From: Eledone cirrhosa | Taxonomy: Eukaryota | DNA length: 64,000 nt | Direction of reading: 5' to 3' | Assembly (NCBI GenBank): GCA_964016885.1 | Contig: OZ024740.1 | Span: 337,590,001 to 337,654,000, forward strand | In this document: positions 26,953 through 40,140 of the stretch, piece after piece | Layout of the letters: each line of letters starts with the position of its first letter | Numbering within the stretch: position 1 is the first letter of the stretch | Made by a program: the position numbers and the translations under genes | The notes under the pieces: model-generated | What the model saw: only the letters and a program-made list of their open reading frames with translations | Told to the model about the DNA's origin: nothing | Database searches by the model: none

Positions 26953-27573
26953 GTATATGTATATATTTATTTACCACACCACATTAACTGTAAAAGGCTT
27001 TCTGTTTCCGCCACACATACATAGCATTCTCAAAGCCTAGTGAGACTAGCATTTATTGAAAGAAGTATTCTGCAGTGTGAAATGTATGAAGTAACAATAA
27101 ATTAGTATATGTTGATCTATAATGAGCCTGAAATAATTTCACACGCAACTGTTTATCTGTTTGATTCATTTTTATTTAACTATAGGATTATTAATTCTTT
27201 GACAACAACTTTCTATATTACTATTTTCTTTTGTTCAAATCTGCCAGAAGGAATGTAACAGAATTTGATGAGTTAAATTACAAGTTTCACATAACCCTGT
27301 CTACTGAAAGCTTCTATTATCCTTCAGTTAACTAGAAGCTATATCCATCGAGCTATCTTATTTATACTGTAAATAGAATTCTTAATGGTTATGAAGTAGC
27401 TAGTGTGAATGGTGCATAACTGATACATGAATGTTATATAAAACAAAAGGGCTCTAAACTCCATCTGAAGTCATAGAGATGCTGTCATGACACAGCTTAT
27501 CTTGGGCATTTAAAATCTAGCAGAGTCCATCCTTTTCCAAGTTGGAATACATATAATTTGAAAGATTTCTATC

Positions 27574-29760
27574 ATCATCATCATCATCACCGTTTTTATA
27601 GAGCTGTTGTAATAAAAGAGGGGATCAGTTGTATGATGAGAGAAAGAGTATAGAGGGGACATAACCGCTGTAGTTTATTAGTGATAGATAATAACAGAAA
27701 TGTATATAATGGGAAAAACAACAGTATGTAGGTGGCATAATAGCTATCTTTACTGGTGTTGGTTAATAATAGAGATGTACAGTGGTGAAGAGAGAGTTAA
27801 GGGATTCATATATGTGGCCTGTAGGGAAGGAAAATAGTGTGATAAACGAAAAAGCAAAATAAATGCCCAGCGGAATATAAAAAATAATAAATTCATATCT
27901 TTACAGTTTTCTCTGATGTATATATGATGCTTTCTGCCCTCTATCCAGTATCTTTGTGGTATATTCATCATCTATAAAATATCCATGTTTATAACATGGA
28001 TATTTTATGCTGTTATATATTTTTCATTTATCATTATCATCAATTCTAACGTCATCATCATCATCATCATCATCACCGTTTTACGTCCGTTCTTTCACGC
28101 TAGCATGGGTTAGATGGGTTGTCCTGTTGTGGGCAGTGTCTGGTTGGCTGACCATGCCTTGCTCATACAGGAACTGATTTTGGCTTGATTTCTACAGCTG
28201 GATGCCCTTCCTAACACCAACCTCATTTACAGTGAGTGCTGGGTGCTTTTTTCCGTGGCGCCTACTCATCCACTTTACAGTGTGGGCTGGGTGCTTTTTT
28301 GCCGTGGCACCTCCACGACCACTTTGCAGTGGGAGGGTGTGGGGGCATATTGTCTATATGCTTCAGCTTGTAACCATGGGAGGTCGGATACTCTGTATTA
28401 CAGCGTGACGCCAGAAGTCACGGTCGTGTGTCATCGCCTTTGAGAGGTGTAATTGGGTAAGGTCGGCTTTTATCACCTCATCCCAGGTCATCTTGGGTCT
28501 CCCCACTCCGCGGTTTCCAATGACTTCTAGTGCTCTGCACCTTTTTATGCAGCTGTCATCCTTCATATGCATCACATGTCCATACCAGCGCAACCGCCTC
28601 TCCTGCACACAGCATTTGATTCCTTTTATGCTCAGTCTCTCTCTCAATTCATTTATGCTTTGTCGTTCGTGTATATTACTATTACACATCCATCGGAGCA
28701 TGCAGGCTTCGTTTCTCTCTAATCTACGTAAGTCTTCCAGCTTCAGCACCCAGGTCTCACTACCATGCAACATCGCTGTTCGGATACACGCATCATACAG
28801 TCTGCCTTTCATTTTGAGGGAGAAGCCTTTTGCAGCTAGCAGTGGTAGTAGTTCCCTAAACTTCTTCCATCCCGTTCTTACCCTAGTTATTGTACTTTCT
28901 GAACACCCACCTCCGCTGCTAATTCGCTCACCTAGGTAGCAGAAGCTGTCTACTGTTTCTACAGAGCCCTCCAAGAGATTGGTGGTACTTGTTTCCTGTG
29001 GCTGTTTGCTGCTTGCTGTCCCAGCACAGCTGCTGCATGTGAAGCCTACATTCTTAATTAAGCTTCCTGAGATCCCACTACATCTCTTGTGTACCCATTG
29101 TTTGCATTTGGGGCAGAGAATGGAGTTCCTACCTACACCTTTCCTACATACTGAGCAAGGCCATTTCCCTGAGGGGATCTGGGTTCTGTTTTCTCGTCTA
29201 CTTACTAGGACCTTAGTCTTTGTCATGTTGACTTTGAGACCCTTTCTTTCTAGTCCCTGCTTCCAAGTTTGGAATTTCTTCTCTAGTTCTACCATAGATT
29301 CAGCTATAAGTGCAAGGTCATCAGGATACAGGAGTTCCCATGGGCATCCGGTCTTAAACTCCTCCGTTATTGCCTGCAGGCTATGATGAACAGGAGGGGG
29401 CTAAGAACAGACCCCTGGTGGACCCCAACCTGTACGCTAAATTCCTCGCTATACTCATTGCTAATCCTAACTTTGCTGACTGCTCCCCTATACATGGCTT
29501 GTACCGCTTTCACAAGCCATTCATCTACTCCTAGTTTTCTAAGAGCCCACCAGATTACAGCACGTGGAACTCTATCAAAGGCTTTCTCAAGGTCGACAAA
29601 TGCCAGGTAGAGTGGCTTACTTTTAGCTAGGTACTTTTCCTGTAACTGCCTGACAAGGAAGAGGGCATCAGTGGTGCCACTTCCTGGTACAAACCCAAAT
29701 TGCATCTCGTCTAGTTTCACCCGGTCCCTAATCAACTGTGCTATAACTCTTTCTGTTACT
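27574..29760 (-). mobile_element. 5'-truncated RTE family B with captured flank and a second tail
   Basis: RT ORF pieces 29367-29735 and 28363-29295; tails at ~28052-28085 and 27571-27598; possible TSD tttctatc. Confidence 0.85.
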
Positions 29761-30125
29761 TTCTATCTATATATATATCTTTGTCCAACTCTTACTAACA
29801 AGGAAGGCGAGTGCTAAAATGACAATGACATATATATATCATCATCATCATTGTTTAATGTCCATTTTCCATGCTAGCATGAGTAGGATGGGCCGTCCCT
29901 TTGTAAGAGATCAGGTCAGAGGACCTTGATTTGCATACACGGAACTGATTTTGGCTTGTTTTTAACAGCTTTATATATTAAAAAGCATTGGGACCCGACT
30001 TTTTATAGTATGGCCACACTCTACTACCCCAAATATCAAGTACTATGTTCATTAATAATCTAACCAGTTTGAAACTGGTTCTAAACTGATTTAAATGTAT
30101 GTATGTATGTATGTATGTATGTATG

Positions 30126-30156
<31 letters not shown>

Positions 30157-30159
30157 GGC

Positions 30160-31722
30160 TTGGATCTGTATCAGGTTTTTGTCGATCTGACAAAAGCTTT
30201 CGATACTGTTAACAGAGATGCATTATGGAAGGTTCTCCAGAAACTTGGTTGCCCTGATAAGTTCCTTGCTTTAGTTAGGTCTTTCCATGACGACATGAAG
30301 GCTTGGGTTAATGTCGGGGGTAACATGTCGGAGCCTATCTCAGTAAAAAATGGAGTGAAACAGGGGGATATTCCAGCACCGACCCTGTTTGCCATATACT
30401 TTGCAATGGTTTTCTGTATTGCATTCAGGAATTGCGAGCATGGTGTTTACATCCGATATCGAACCTCAGGCAGCATATTTAACATCAGGTGCTTTGCTGC
30501 GAAGACAAAAGTATTTACATCAATCATAAGAGACCTCTTGTATGCAGATGATTGCGATCTTGTAGCGCACACAGAGAGTGATATGCAGCACATTTTGAAT
30601 TCATTTTCTGATGCTTGCACTGCCCTAGGTCTGACTGTCAGTCTCAAGAAAACCGTCGTCATGTACCAACCTGCCCCTGGTAAGCAGTACACTGAACTAA
30701 ACATCTATGTGTATGGCAAACGACTTGGAGTGGTTGATCAGTTTGTCTACCTGGGAAGCACTGTCAATCGATACAGCAACCTTGACAGTGAAATCTCACT
30801 TAGGATTAGGAAAGCAAGTGATGCTTTCGGAAAGCTAGAAAGGCGACTCTGGGGTCGGCGAGACATATGCAGGAGGACAAAGGTAAAGGTGTACAGGGCA
30901 TGTGTGCTCTCTTGTCTTCTTTATGCTTGCGAGACCTGGGTCACATATCGACACCACCTTAAGCAATTGGAGCGTTTCCATCAGATGTGTCTCAGACGGA
31001 TCCATGGCGTTCACTGGAGGGACCACATCAGTGATGTCGAGATTTTGGAAAGCTCTATGTGTGACAGTATAGAAGCTCTTGTGCTTAAGCAACGACTCTG
31101 TTGGAGTGGTCACCTTGCCAGGATGAAGGATTCTAGAATACCAAAACAACTCTTTTATGGAGAGTTGGTTAAAGGAAAACGACCGCCACATAAACCAAAA
31201 AAGAGGTATAAGGATTCCTTGAAAGCCTCTCTGAAAGACGCTAACATCTCTGCTGATACATGGGAGAATATTGCTGCTGATCGTAATAAATGGAGAAAGA
31301 CTGTATATGAGGGAAAAGTTGCCTTTGAGGCATCTCGAATCGCATACGAGAAAGTAAAGCGGGATGTGAGGAAGGGCATTGCTGTTGCACTTCCAGACGG
31401 CGAGGGTCCTCCTATGGTGCTGACATGCAGCGTATGTGCGAGACTCTGCCTAAGCAAAGCTGGACTCGAAAGTCATCTTCGCAGTCATAAAGTAAGACCA
31501 GTGGTTGACTACGAGGCTGCTGTTGGAGATGCTACTCATCATGCTTGCCAAACATGTGGTAGAGAATGTAAATCAGCAGGAGGGCTCAAGCGACATGCAA
31601 AAGTACACAATCTCCAACCACAGCCGACTATTCCCAGTGAATGTTTTGGTTGCCGACTCTGTGCAAGACATTTTAGATCATTGGCTGGGCTAAAAAGCCA
31701 CATTCGATCACAGCACTGTTAG
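30160..31722 (+). CDS. 5'-truncated RTE-type RT with three C-terminal C2H2 zinc fingers
   Basis: FVDLTKAFDTV, GVKQG, LLYADD; CSVC..HLRSH, CQTC..HAKVH, CRLC..HIRSQH; uninterrupted 520-aa frame. Confidence 0.88.
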   Translation: MDLYQVFVDLTKAFDTVNRDALWKVLQKLGCPDKFLALVRSFHDDMKAWVNVGGNMSEPISVKNGVKQGDIPAPTLFAIYFAMVFCIAFRNCEHGVYIRYRTSGSIFNIRCFAAKTKVFTSIIRDLLYADDCDLVAHTESDMQHILNSFSDACTALGLTVSLKKTVVMYQPAPGKQYTELNIYVYGKRLGVVDQFVYLGSTVNRYSNLDSEISLRIRKASDAFGKLERRLWGRRDICRRTKVKVYRACVLSCLLYACETWVTYRHHLKQLERFHQMCLRRIHGVHWRDHISDVEILESSMCDSIEALVLKQRLCWSGHLARMKDSRIPKQLFYGELVKGKRPPHKPKKRYKDSLKASLKDANISADTWENIAADRNKWRKTVYEGKVAFEASRIAYEKVKRDVRKGIAVALPDGEGPPMVLTCSVCARLCLSKAGLESHLRSHKVRPVVDYEAAVGDATHHACQTCGRECKSAGGLKRHAKVHNLQPQPTIPSECFGCRLCARHFRSLAGLKSHIRSQHC

Positions 31723-31917
31723 TTGCTATCATCTGTGTGTGTGTGTAGATATGCTTATGTGTGTGCGTGTGTGTGTATATATATATGTATATGTATATTA
31801 TTATTGTTGTTGTCGTTATTATTATTGTTGTTATTATTATTATTATTATTATTGTTTTTAATGTATGTGTGTGTGTATATGTGTGTGTGAGTGTGTGTGT
31901 GTGTGTATATGTGTATG

Positions 31918-31948
<31 letters not shown>

Positions 31949-31988
31949 TTCTTTTTTATTTTTATTTTTTTAATTTTTATTTTCTTTT

Positions 31989-31994
<6 letters not shown>

Positions 31995-32054
<60 letters not shown>

Positions 32055-32650
32055 TGCATTTATCTTGCTTTATGTTCATACGAGTTATCACCAAGTCACA
32101 ACCAGTGACCTCAAGAGACATCAAGGTCCGCCATGTTCAAGAAAGAACATACATATTCACATATGCATCTTTAGTGTTTAGACTTGTGATGTACTTATAT
32201 TGACAGGATCTTCCTTAGTATATGGGCAGTTCCCATTAGTACTATCTTTTGTATTTCTCCTATACGCAGGTTTCCTGGGATTTGCGATAAGTAGTCGTTA
32301 GACCCCTTAGGTATCATTCCCAGAGCGCCTACAACCACTGGTATTGTTTTAGTTCTCAATTTCCACATTTTTCCAATTTCTATCTCCAGGTCCTTATACT
32401 TGCTCAATTTTTCAAATGTTTTTATAGATACATTCTTGTCTATTGGAACAGACATATCAATTAGCAGGCATACCCTCCTTTGAAAGTCCTTCAATATTAT
32501 ATCAGGTCTATTTGCATCTATTTTTCGGTCTGTTTGGATGCTAAAGTTCCACAAGATTGAGATGTGATCTTTTTCATGTATGGGAGGTGGTTGATGCTCC
32601 CACCAATTCTTCTCGTGCAATGGCCATACCCGATAACGAGGGGGCAGCCA
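31995..32650 (-). mobile_element. R4/Dong-clade LINE 3' end (restriction-like endonuclease) with (TAA)n
   Basis: ORF 32195-32620 ILWNFSIQTD..NRPDII..LIDMSVP..EKLSKYKDL..PVVVGALG; short 3' UTR then (TAA)n. Confidence 0.85.
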
Positions 32651-32721
32651 TCATGTATGTATGTATGTATATATATATATATACGTATATATATATACAT
32701 ATATATATATATATACATACA

Positions 32722-33010
32722 TAAACTCAGAGCTGTATGGGAGCCTCCCAAAAGTCAGCTCAAAAGTGACACAGAGGAGACTGAGGTTAGCTGGACATGC
32801 TCACCAACATCCAGAGTTGACACTGCACTCAGTGCTCCTGTGGGAGCTCCTGCATGGACACACTGGAAGGGGAAGACCAAGGTTAACGTATGTTGATCCC
32901 TAAGGACAGAAACTCGTCTGTTGGAGACGCAGGACATGGCAGCGATAATGAGGGACAGAGACCGCTGGAGAGAACTCGTCCATGGATCTCGGGAATTTTA
33001 CCCGCCCTAG
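32722..33010 (+). mobile_element. LINE (RTE-like) ORF 3' fragment
   Basis: ELYGSLPKVS..RRLRLAGH..LLWE..HG..GRGRPRLTYVD. Confidence 0.65.
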
Positions 33011-33863
33011 ATCATCATCATCATCATCGTTTAACGTCCATCTTCCACGCTAGCATGGGTTTGGACGGGAATTTTCCCACTTGAGGCAAGATTGGTTGTC
33101 TTGCTTGTATAGGACTGTCTGGCGGGTTTTCTACGGCTGGATGCCCTTCCTAACACCAACCACGTTTACAGTGTGGTCTGGGAGGTTTTTACTGTGTTAC
33201 CTACACGGCCACAATACAGCATGGACTGTGTTTTTTTGTTGTGACACCTACACAACCTCATTTATTTTGGACTGGATGTTGTGGTACCAACATAACTTTA
33301 CATTGAAAGGGGGTGGTATGGATGGGGTGGGGGTAGTGGGACGGAGGTGTATTTTGGTAAGAGGTGCCTACTGACTGTAGGTTTCGCTTTGCACTTAGGC
33401 AAGGTGGGTCTTCTGTATTACTGTGTAGTGCCAAAGATCTCAGTCCAGTGACATTGTCTTGGAGAGGTGTAAGTGTGTGAGGTCGGAATTTATCAAGTCG
33501 TCCCAGGTTTTTCTGGGTCTGCCTACTCCGTGGCTACCGTCTATTTTTATCGCCCTGCACTTTTTTATACAGCTGTCATCTTTCATGCGCATCACGTGAC
33601 CATACCAATGTAGTCGTCTCTCGAGTAAACAGCATCTGATCCCTCTTATTCCTAATTTCTCCCTTAGTTCATTTATGCTTTGCCGTTCACGTATATTACT
33701 ATTACACATCCAACGGAGCATGCAAGCTTCGTTCCTCTCCAGTCTGCGTATATCCTCTGCACCCAATGCCCAAGACTCACTGCCATGTAACATTGCTGTT
33801 CGTATGCAGGCATCATACAGCCTGCCTTTCATTTTTAGAGAGAAACCTTTAGCGGCCAATAGT

Positions 33864-33866
<3 letters not shown>
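33011..33866 (-). mobile_element. RTE family C sibling, 3' fragment
   Basis: [20 protein letters not shown]...; 3' UTR similar to 53757-54140. Confidence 0.85.
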
Positions 33867-33939
<73 letters not shown>

Positions 33940-34180
33940 TATATATATATGCATATAACAATTAAGTTAAAAATGTACATCCGCATATGTATACTGAAAT
34001 ACTAGTATGCATATGAATACACACACGTATACATATGTAGATGTACCAAGTCTTTCACTGGTTACTTTACTGTGAGTATCCAGCTATTCTGTATGTAAAC
34101 ACACAGACAAACCGGTTTTTAAAGTCATACTGGTTTTTGAGGAAACACCTTTCCTCTATTCTCCAGAAAGCCAGACAAGG

Positions 34181-34225
34181 AATATTGAACTAGTTTCGTT
34201 GTTGTTACAACTCATCAGCAATATT
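34181..34225 (-). ncRNA. Type I hammerhead ribozyme
   Basis: aatattg-CTGATGA-gttgt aaca acaac-GAAA-ctag-TT-caatatt. Confidence 0.9.
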
Positions 34226-34727
34226 TACCTATCTACCGGCCTTTCTGGAGAATCGTAAAAGCACATATCGTTATATGCCTTTTCTATGAAAATTAGTAGT
34301 GGGCAGACCAATTTGCATAGAGTGTGAGTACGTACCGGTTCAACGGAGACGATAAAAACAAATAACGAAACGAAATTAAATTTCGCTTCGTGTGTAACTC
34401 ACTTTTGTATGACTGACGCTTAAACAATTAAGTTAAAAATGTACATCCGCATATGTATACTGAAATACTAGTATGCATATGAATACACACACGTATACAT
34501 ATGTAGATGTACATTTTTAACTTAATTGTTTAAGCGTCAGTCATACAAAAGTGAGTTACAAATGAAGCGAAATTTAATTTCGTTTCGTTATTTGTTTTTA
34601 TCGTCTCCGTTGAACCGGTACGTACTCACACTCTATGCAAATTGGTCTGCCCACTACTAATTTTCATAGAAAAGGCATATATCGATATGTGCTTTTACGA
34701 TTCTCCAGAAAGGCCGGTAGATAGGTA

Positions 34728-34772
34728 AATATTGCTGATGAGTTGTAACAACAACGAAACTAGTTCAATATT
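34728..34772 (+). ncRNA. Type I hammerhead ribozyme
   Basis: Same motif; stem I extends as ttctccagaaag/ctttctggagaa (~34700-34795). Confidence 0.9.
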
Positions 34773-35189
34773 CCTTGTCTGGCTTTCTGGAGAATAGAGG
34801 AAAGGTGTTTCCTCAAAAACCAGTATGACTCTAAAAACCGGTTTGTCTGTGTGTTTACATACAGAATAGCTGGATACTCACAGTAAAGTAACCAGTGAAA
34901 GACTTGGTACATCTACATATGTATACGTGTGTGTAATCATATGCATACTAGTATTTCAGTATACATATGCGGATGTACATTTTTAACTTAATTTTTTTAA
35001 GCGTCAGTCAGACAAAAGTGAGTTACAAACGAAGCGAAATTTAATTTCGTTTCGTTATTTGTTTTTATATGCATATATATATATGCATATATATATATGT
35101 ATGTATATATATATATAAATATATATATATATAGAGAGAGTGAGAAAAGAAGAATTAATTCTAGTATTTGACTGATAATTTATTTATTG

Positions 35190-35835
35190 ACTGTAAGTGG
35201 AGTTCAACTGAAGGAGGTGGAACAGTTCAAGTATATCAAGGCCATGTTCATGAGCAATGGAATGCAGGAGGCTGAATTAAGTGCAAGAATTGCAGAAGCT
35301 GGTGCAGTAATGTGCCAGCTTCAGCATTCAGTAATCAAAAGAAGGGACTAGGCATAAAAGCCAAACTTGCTATCTTCAATTCGGTATTCATGCCAACCCT
35401 TACCTATAGTCATGGATCTTGGGTAATGACCAAAAGAATACGATTACAAATACAAATGGCCGATTTGGGGTTCCTCCAAAGGCTCTTTGGAGTAACTTTA
35501 GTCAATAAAGTGCATAGCTCGAAGATCAGAGAATCACTCCAGGTAGAGCTGCTACTTCTCCGGATTGAGAGATCACAGCTCCAATACTATGGGCATGGGG
35601 TTAAAATGTCTCAGGAAAGAATCGCTGGAGAGATTTTACAGGCAAAACCAATCGGCAGGAGACCCAGGTGTAAACCCCAAGCAAGATAGTTGAATAACAT
35701 CCATGGTCTTGGCTTGTCTCCTTTAGAGATCCAGCCAGATCAGTTGGAGACAGTTACTTCTGACAAAACCTGCTGGAAGGGGCATTTGAGCACTCTGCCC
35801 CAACGACCCTCAACGAAGAAGAAGAAGAAGAAGAC
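35190..35835 (+). mobile_element. Decayed Expander/Rex3-like RTE 3' fragment with (GAA)n end
   Basis: KAKLAIFNSVFMPTLTYSHGSWVMT...LLLRIERSQL. Confidence 0.75.
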
Positions 35836-35964
35836 TGTGAAAGTATGAAAGGTAAATCTGATCATGGCTGGAAGCAAACTGAAAATGCAGGAAGTTGGAA
35901 CAAATGTTTCAAGGTATTCTATTCAACACTTTTATAACTCTGCCAGTTATAGACCTGGTAATAA

Positions 35965-36270
35965 TAAGGTGCATGGCTTAGTGATTGAGGATTGGGCTTG
36001 CAATTGTGAGGTTGTGAGTTTGATTCTCAGACTGGGTGATGTGTTGTGTCCTTGAGCAAAACACTTTATTTCACATTACTCCAGTTCACTCGGCTGTAGA
36101 AGTGAGTTGTGATGTCACTGGTACCAAGCTGTATTGGCCCTTGCCTTCCCTTTGGACAACAACAGTGGCATAGGGCATGGAGACTGGTATGCATGGGTGA
36201 TTGCTGGTCTTTCACAAACAATCTTGCCAAGACTTGTGCCTCGGAAGGGAACTTTCTAGGTGTAAATCCC
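35965..36270 (+). mobile_element. CORE-like tRNA SINE
   Basis: tggcttagtg...gagtttgattctc...gtgtccttgagcaaaacactttatttcac; inverse copy at 39560-39845. Confidence 0.75.
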
Positions 36271-38019
36271 ATGTCATCATGGGGTATTTATCATACCATG
36301 GATTGCTATATTGGTATCTTGGTCTATGCTATCCACTGTATTTTAAGTTTGTCCACTCTCAAAATTCTTGTTTTTCTTTCTTTCTCCATTTCAGTTCCTT
36401 TTAACTTTTATAAATAGTTTCTGTAAACTATTTTTCTTATTAACTGTCCAAGCTATTTTAATTTTCTCTTTTTGATAGTTTTTAATAAAATTACCTTAGT
36501 ACTTCATTATTGAGTTTATGTTCTGTGCATGATATTCTCAAAAGTCTTCTATATGCCCACATCTCAAAGGATTTTAATCTATTTGATATTTATTTTATTT
36601 ATGTCCAGGTTTCAGCTTCATATAGTACATATACTGTATATAACATTTGAATATTTTTTTCTGGTTTTGATATTAATATTTCTTGATGTTAGAATGTTTG
36701 ACACTTTTTCAACTGACTTACTAACTATTTTAATCTTTCGTTTGATTTTTACTTCACGTGTCTTGTTTCCTGATCCCCTGTAGCTTAACTAGGTTATCTT
36801 TGGTGCCTGTTCAATTGGGTTTCCCTTGATTGTAATATTTATTTAGGGGCAGCTATTTATAGCTGATTACTGTTTAATTTGTCATTTGTTGTAGTTTTAT
36901 AGGTCATCTCTGTTGAAAGTTGTTGATGTTCATACCTACTATCGAAAATCCCAGCATGTCTTCTATGGGAGATACTGTGTATAAGTTAAATAGACATAAC
37001 TTTACCTGACTTCTTTCTTAATTTAGTATTCTGAGCTCATCCTATCCACTTCCACTTTAACTAAATGTGTGGCAAGATATATATTGTTTCTCATGAACCT
37101 ATACAATATACCATTCAGTTCAAATATAAGAGTATCTTATTCAATCTATTTTGCTGACTTCCATCTTGTTCTTAAAATATTCAATATGCTGTCCATACAA
37201 TGGTGACTGTTGTTTTTATATATGGAGAATAGATAACATAGAAAGAAGCACCTAGATATCGATGCTGCAGTAGTGACAATTTATAGAATATGTAAATTAA
37301 ACACTAACATGTTAGGAATGACAACAGTGATGTTTCAAATATATTACAATTTTCCACACTAAGTGATAGGAATAGTAATAGCTCAAATAAGAGAAAAGAG
37401 TGTCAGTAGAAAACTTAAATAGAATTTATTGATTAACAATATTTTGGACTGCTGGGAAATATCAATAATCATTCATAACACTGCGATAGTCTTATTGGTA
37501 GATGTTCCATGCCGGGAAGAATTTTGGTATTCTTTAAGAACTGTTGGTCTTTTTCAATTGGTTCAAAGTATTTTGGATTTTCTGTTTGTGACTCTCTCAT
37601 GTTATTCTATTGGAGTATGTTTCGGTGTAACTAGAGTGAGGAGAAATGTGTCTTCAGTTGTTGTTGGTGTATATAGTGCAAGGTAAGGAATTGTGACTAT
37701 TTGTTTATTGATTTTAAACTGGACTCCTCATGCAAAGTGAGAAGATAAAGTTTCTTTTATAGCTATTTGTTTTGACTGCCATGTCTCCTTGTTGTAAGAT
37801 GCTTATTGTATATGATTGTTGGTCCGTTTTGTAGCAGAAAATTGAGATAAACAGTACCATCAGTTCTGTATGAGCAAGACATGGTCACCTGACCTTGCAT
37901 TGCCCATAACAGGACAACTTGTCTAATCCATGTTAGCATGGAAGAATGGACATAAAATGGTGATGATGATGATGAGTACCAATAGTGGAATTACACCCCA
38001 AACCAATGAAACCTTTGTA

Positions 38020-38640
38020 AGGAATGTTACTGGTAGCCACACACGATAGGAATTGGTTAGATAATAGAGCAAATTGTAGAAACAACTATGATAAAAATTT
38101 GTCCAAAGTTGTTGAAGTGCAAGTTCTATCGACTTTAAAAGGGTTCTATTTCCTAGAAGGTGGCAGGGTGTGGTACTAAGTTTTATGATGCCATAATTAA
38201 GGAGAAATTTATTGATTTTGTCTTCTTTGAACTGCCATACCATAATAAGAAAGAATGCAAATTAGTGAACTAAACATAGAAAATAGTGGTAGAAGATGGC
38301 TGATCACAGTATTGGCTATTATGTCTGGACTTGAGAGTTGAAAGATATGCCATGAGTATTCATCCACCAGCACTAGTAAATAAAGATTTTCAAATATTGA
38401 TGGCAAAAGTTCAATGACGTGCATAGGTATTTATCACCATTATCTAGTTGCATGTATTACACTACCTTTTGTCAACCTGTAGAACTTTCATTGGAGTTCT
38501 TTGAAGATTTGGCAGAGAACAGGTATTTGGTGAATTTCTGTGAGTAAAAATGTCAGATTTATAAATCTTATACAATAGTGGAGCATCTTAGAGTATCTTG
38601 GGTGACAGATTTGACCATAGAATTAATTTGAGATAAGAAC
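38020..38640 (-). pseudogene. Gypsy LTR-retrotransposon integrase relic
   Basis: LPS..NLYLLVLVDEYS...TVISHL..LFSMF; FLLNYGIIKLSTTPCH..GN. Confidence 0.6.
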
Positions 38641-38756
38641 TATTTGTTGTGATCTGTTGTCTTGTTTTCTGAAGCTGGACAACAAGGTACATTTGATTTT
38701 GGATATCTGCATGTTAAAAAGATAATAAACCAATCATTGATTTTTTTTGAAATAAT

Positions 38757-39027
38757 TGTTTCTACTTTTGGCACAAGGCCAGCAATTATCTCAGTGCATT
38801 ACTGGTACTTTATTTTATCGACCCCGTAAGGATTTTTGAAATAATTGTCTCTACATTAGGCACAAGGCCAGCAATTACCCAGTGCATTACTGGTACTTTA
38901 TTTTATCGACCCCGTAAGGATGAAAGGCAAAGTCAACCTCGGTGGGTTTTGAACTCAGATCGTAAAGGGACGTAACTATGCTGGAAAGCATGGCATCCGA
39001 CCCTCTACTGATACTGCCAATCCACTG
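38757..39027 (-). mobile_element. tRNA SINE (second family) with tandemly duplicated 3' end
   Basis: ~88-bp duplication including the TSD ttttgaaataat. Confidence 0.8.
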
Positions 39028-40140
39028 CTTTTTGAAATAATAAAGTTATACATGTATCAGAATAATGGTCACTACTGTATAATGAATTCTATAATAGTAG
39101 CAGCTTTCTTTTCAGTTGTAGATTAGTGTTTCTCTGACAGAGTAAGGACACAAGAATCGAAAACAACTGGTCTGCCATTTTGTCTTCTGATGCATCTGTT
39201 TCTAGTTTCATAAGACTTAGAGAATCAGCCTTTAAAATACAGTTTGCAAAAAAAGCCCTTTCCAAGTTTTTATAGTCTTTTTGGCTTCAAATATTAGATA
39301 TCCATGGATAATAGTATAGTCTATTTTAGAGTGTGCTTAGGAAAAGAATCCCATGGGTCTGGCCTTAGGTTCAGGGAAATTCATGAAATTGGTATCTGGA
39401 AGAGTTGAGTTTTACTGAACTATATTTGGATAGGTGTCCGAGAAAGAAAATGAATTCTTGAGGTCAACTTTGCTTTTCAGCCTTCTGGGGTTGATAAAAA
39501 ATGCAACAGAAAGACCATGTAATGTATGTTATCATATTGTTCTCACTGGTGAGGAGGATATTAGTGATTTGCACCTAGAAAGTTTCCCCTCCACGGCACA
39601 AGTCTGGGCAAGTTTGTTTGTGAAAGACCAGCAGTCGCCCATGCATACCAGCCACCGATGATTTCCAAGGGAAAGGCAATGGCTGATACAGCTTGACACC
39701 AGTGACGTCGCAACTCATTTCTACAGCTGAGTAAACTGGAGCAATGTGAAATAAAGTGTTTTGCTCAATGCATCACCTGGTCCAAGAATTGAACTCACAA
39801 CCTTCCGATTGCAAACCTAATGTTCTAACCACTAAGCCATGTGCCTTAGTAAACTTTACATAAAAGATAAAATATTGTGTAAGTTTCATATTGTTTCTGT
39901 TAAAAAACATTGAAGCAGTGTCTTTTTCCAGCTAGGGCTACCAGATAACTTTCCTAAAAAAGATGCACAAAATTTTCTAATGGTAGCAGATTGTGTTAAA
40001 AAGAAGTCCCAAATGCTTGCAAATTGAATATATATATCTTTATTATATATAGGAATGACTTCTACATCATCAAGACATTCTTGATGATTTCATACAAATG
40101 AAACAGTTCTAGTCCTGTAGAAATCATTTCTATATATAAT

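Larger units (their letters stand above)
33957..35068. mobile_element. Non-coding 466-bp HHR monomer in partial tandem plus inverted arrangement (retrozyme-like)
   Basis: Direct-repeat period 466 on both arms (33961/34427; 34511/34977); arms are near-identical reverse complements; flanked by (TA)n. Confidence 0.8.
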
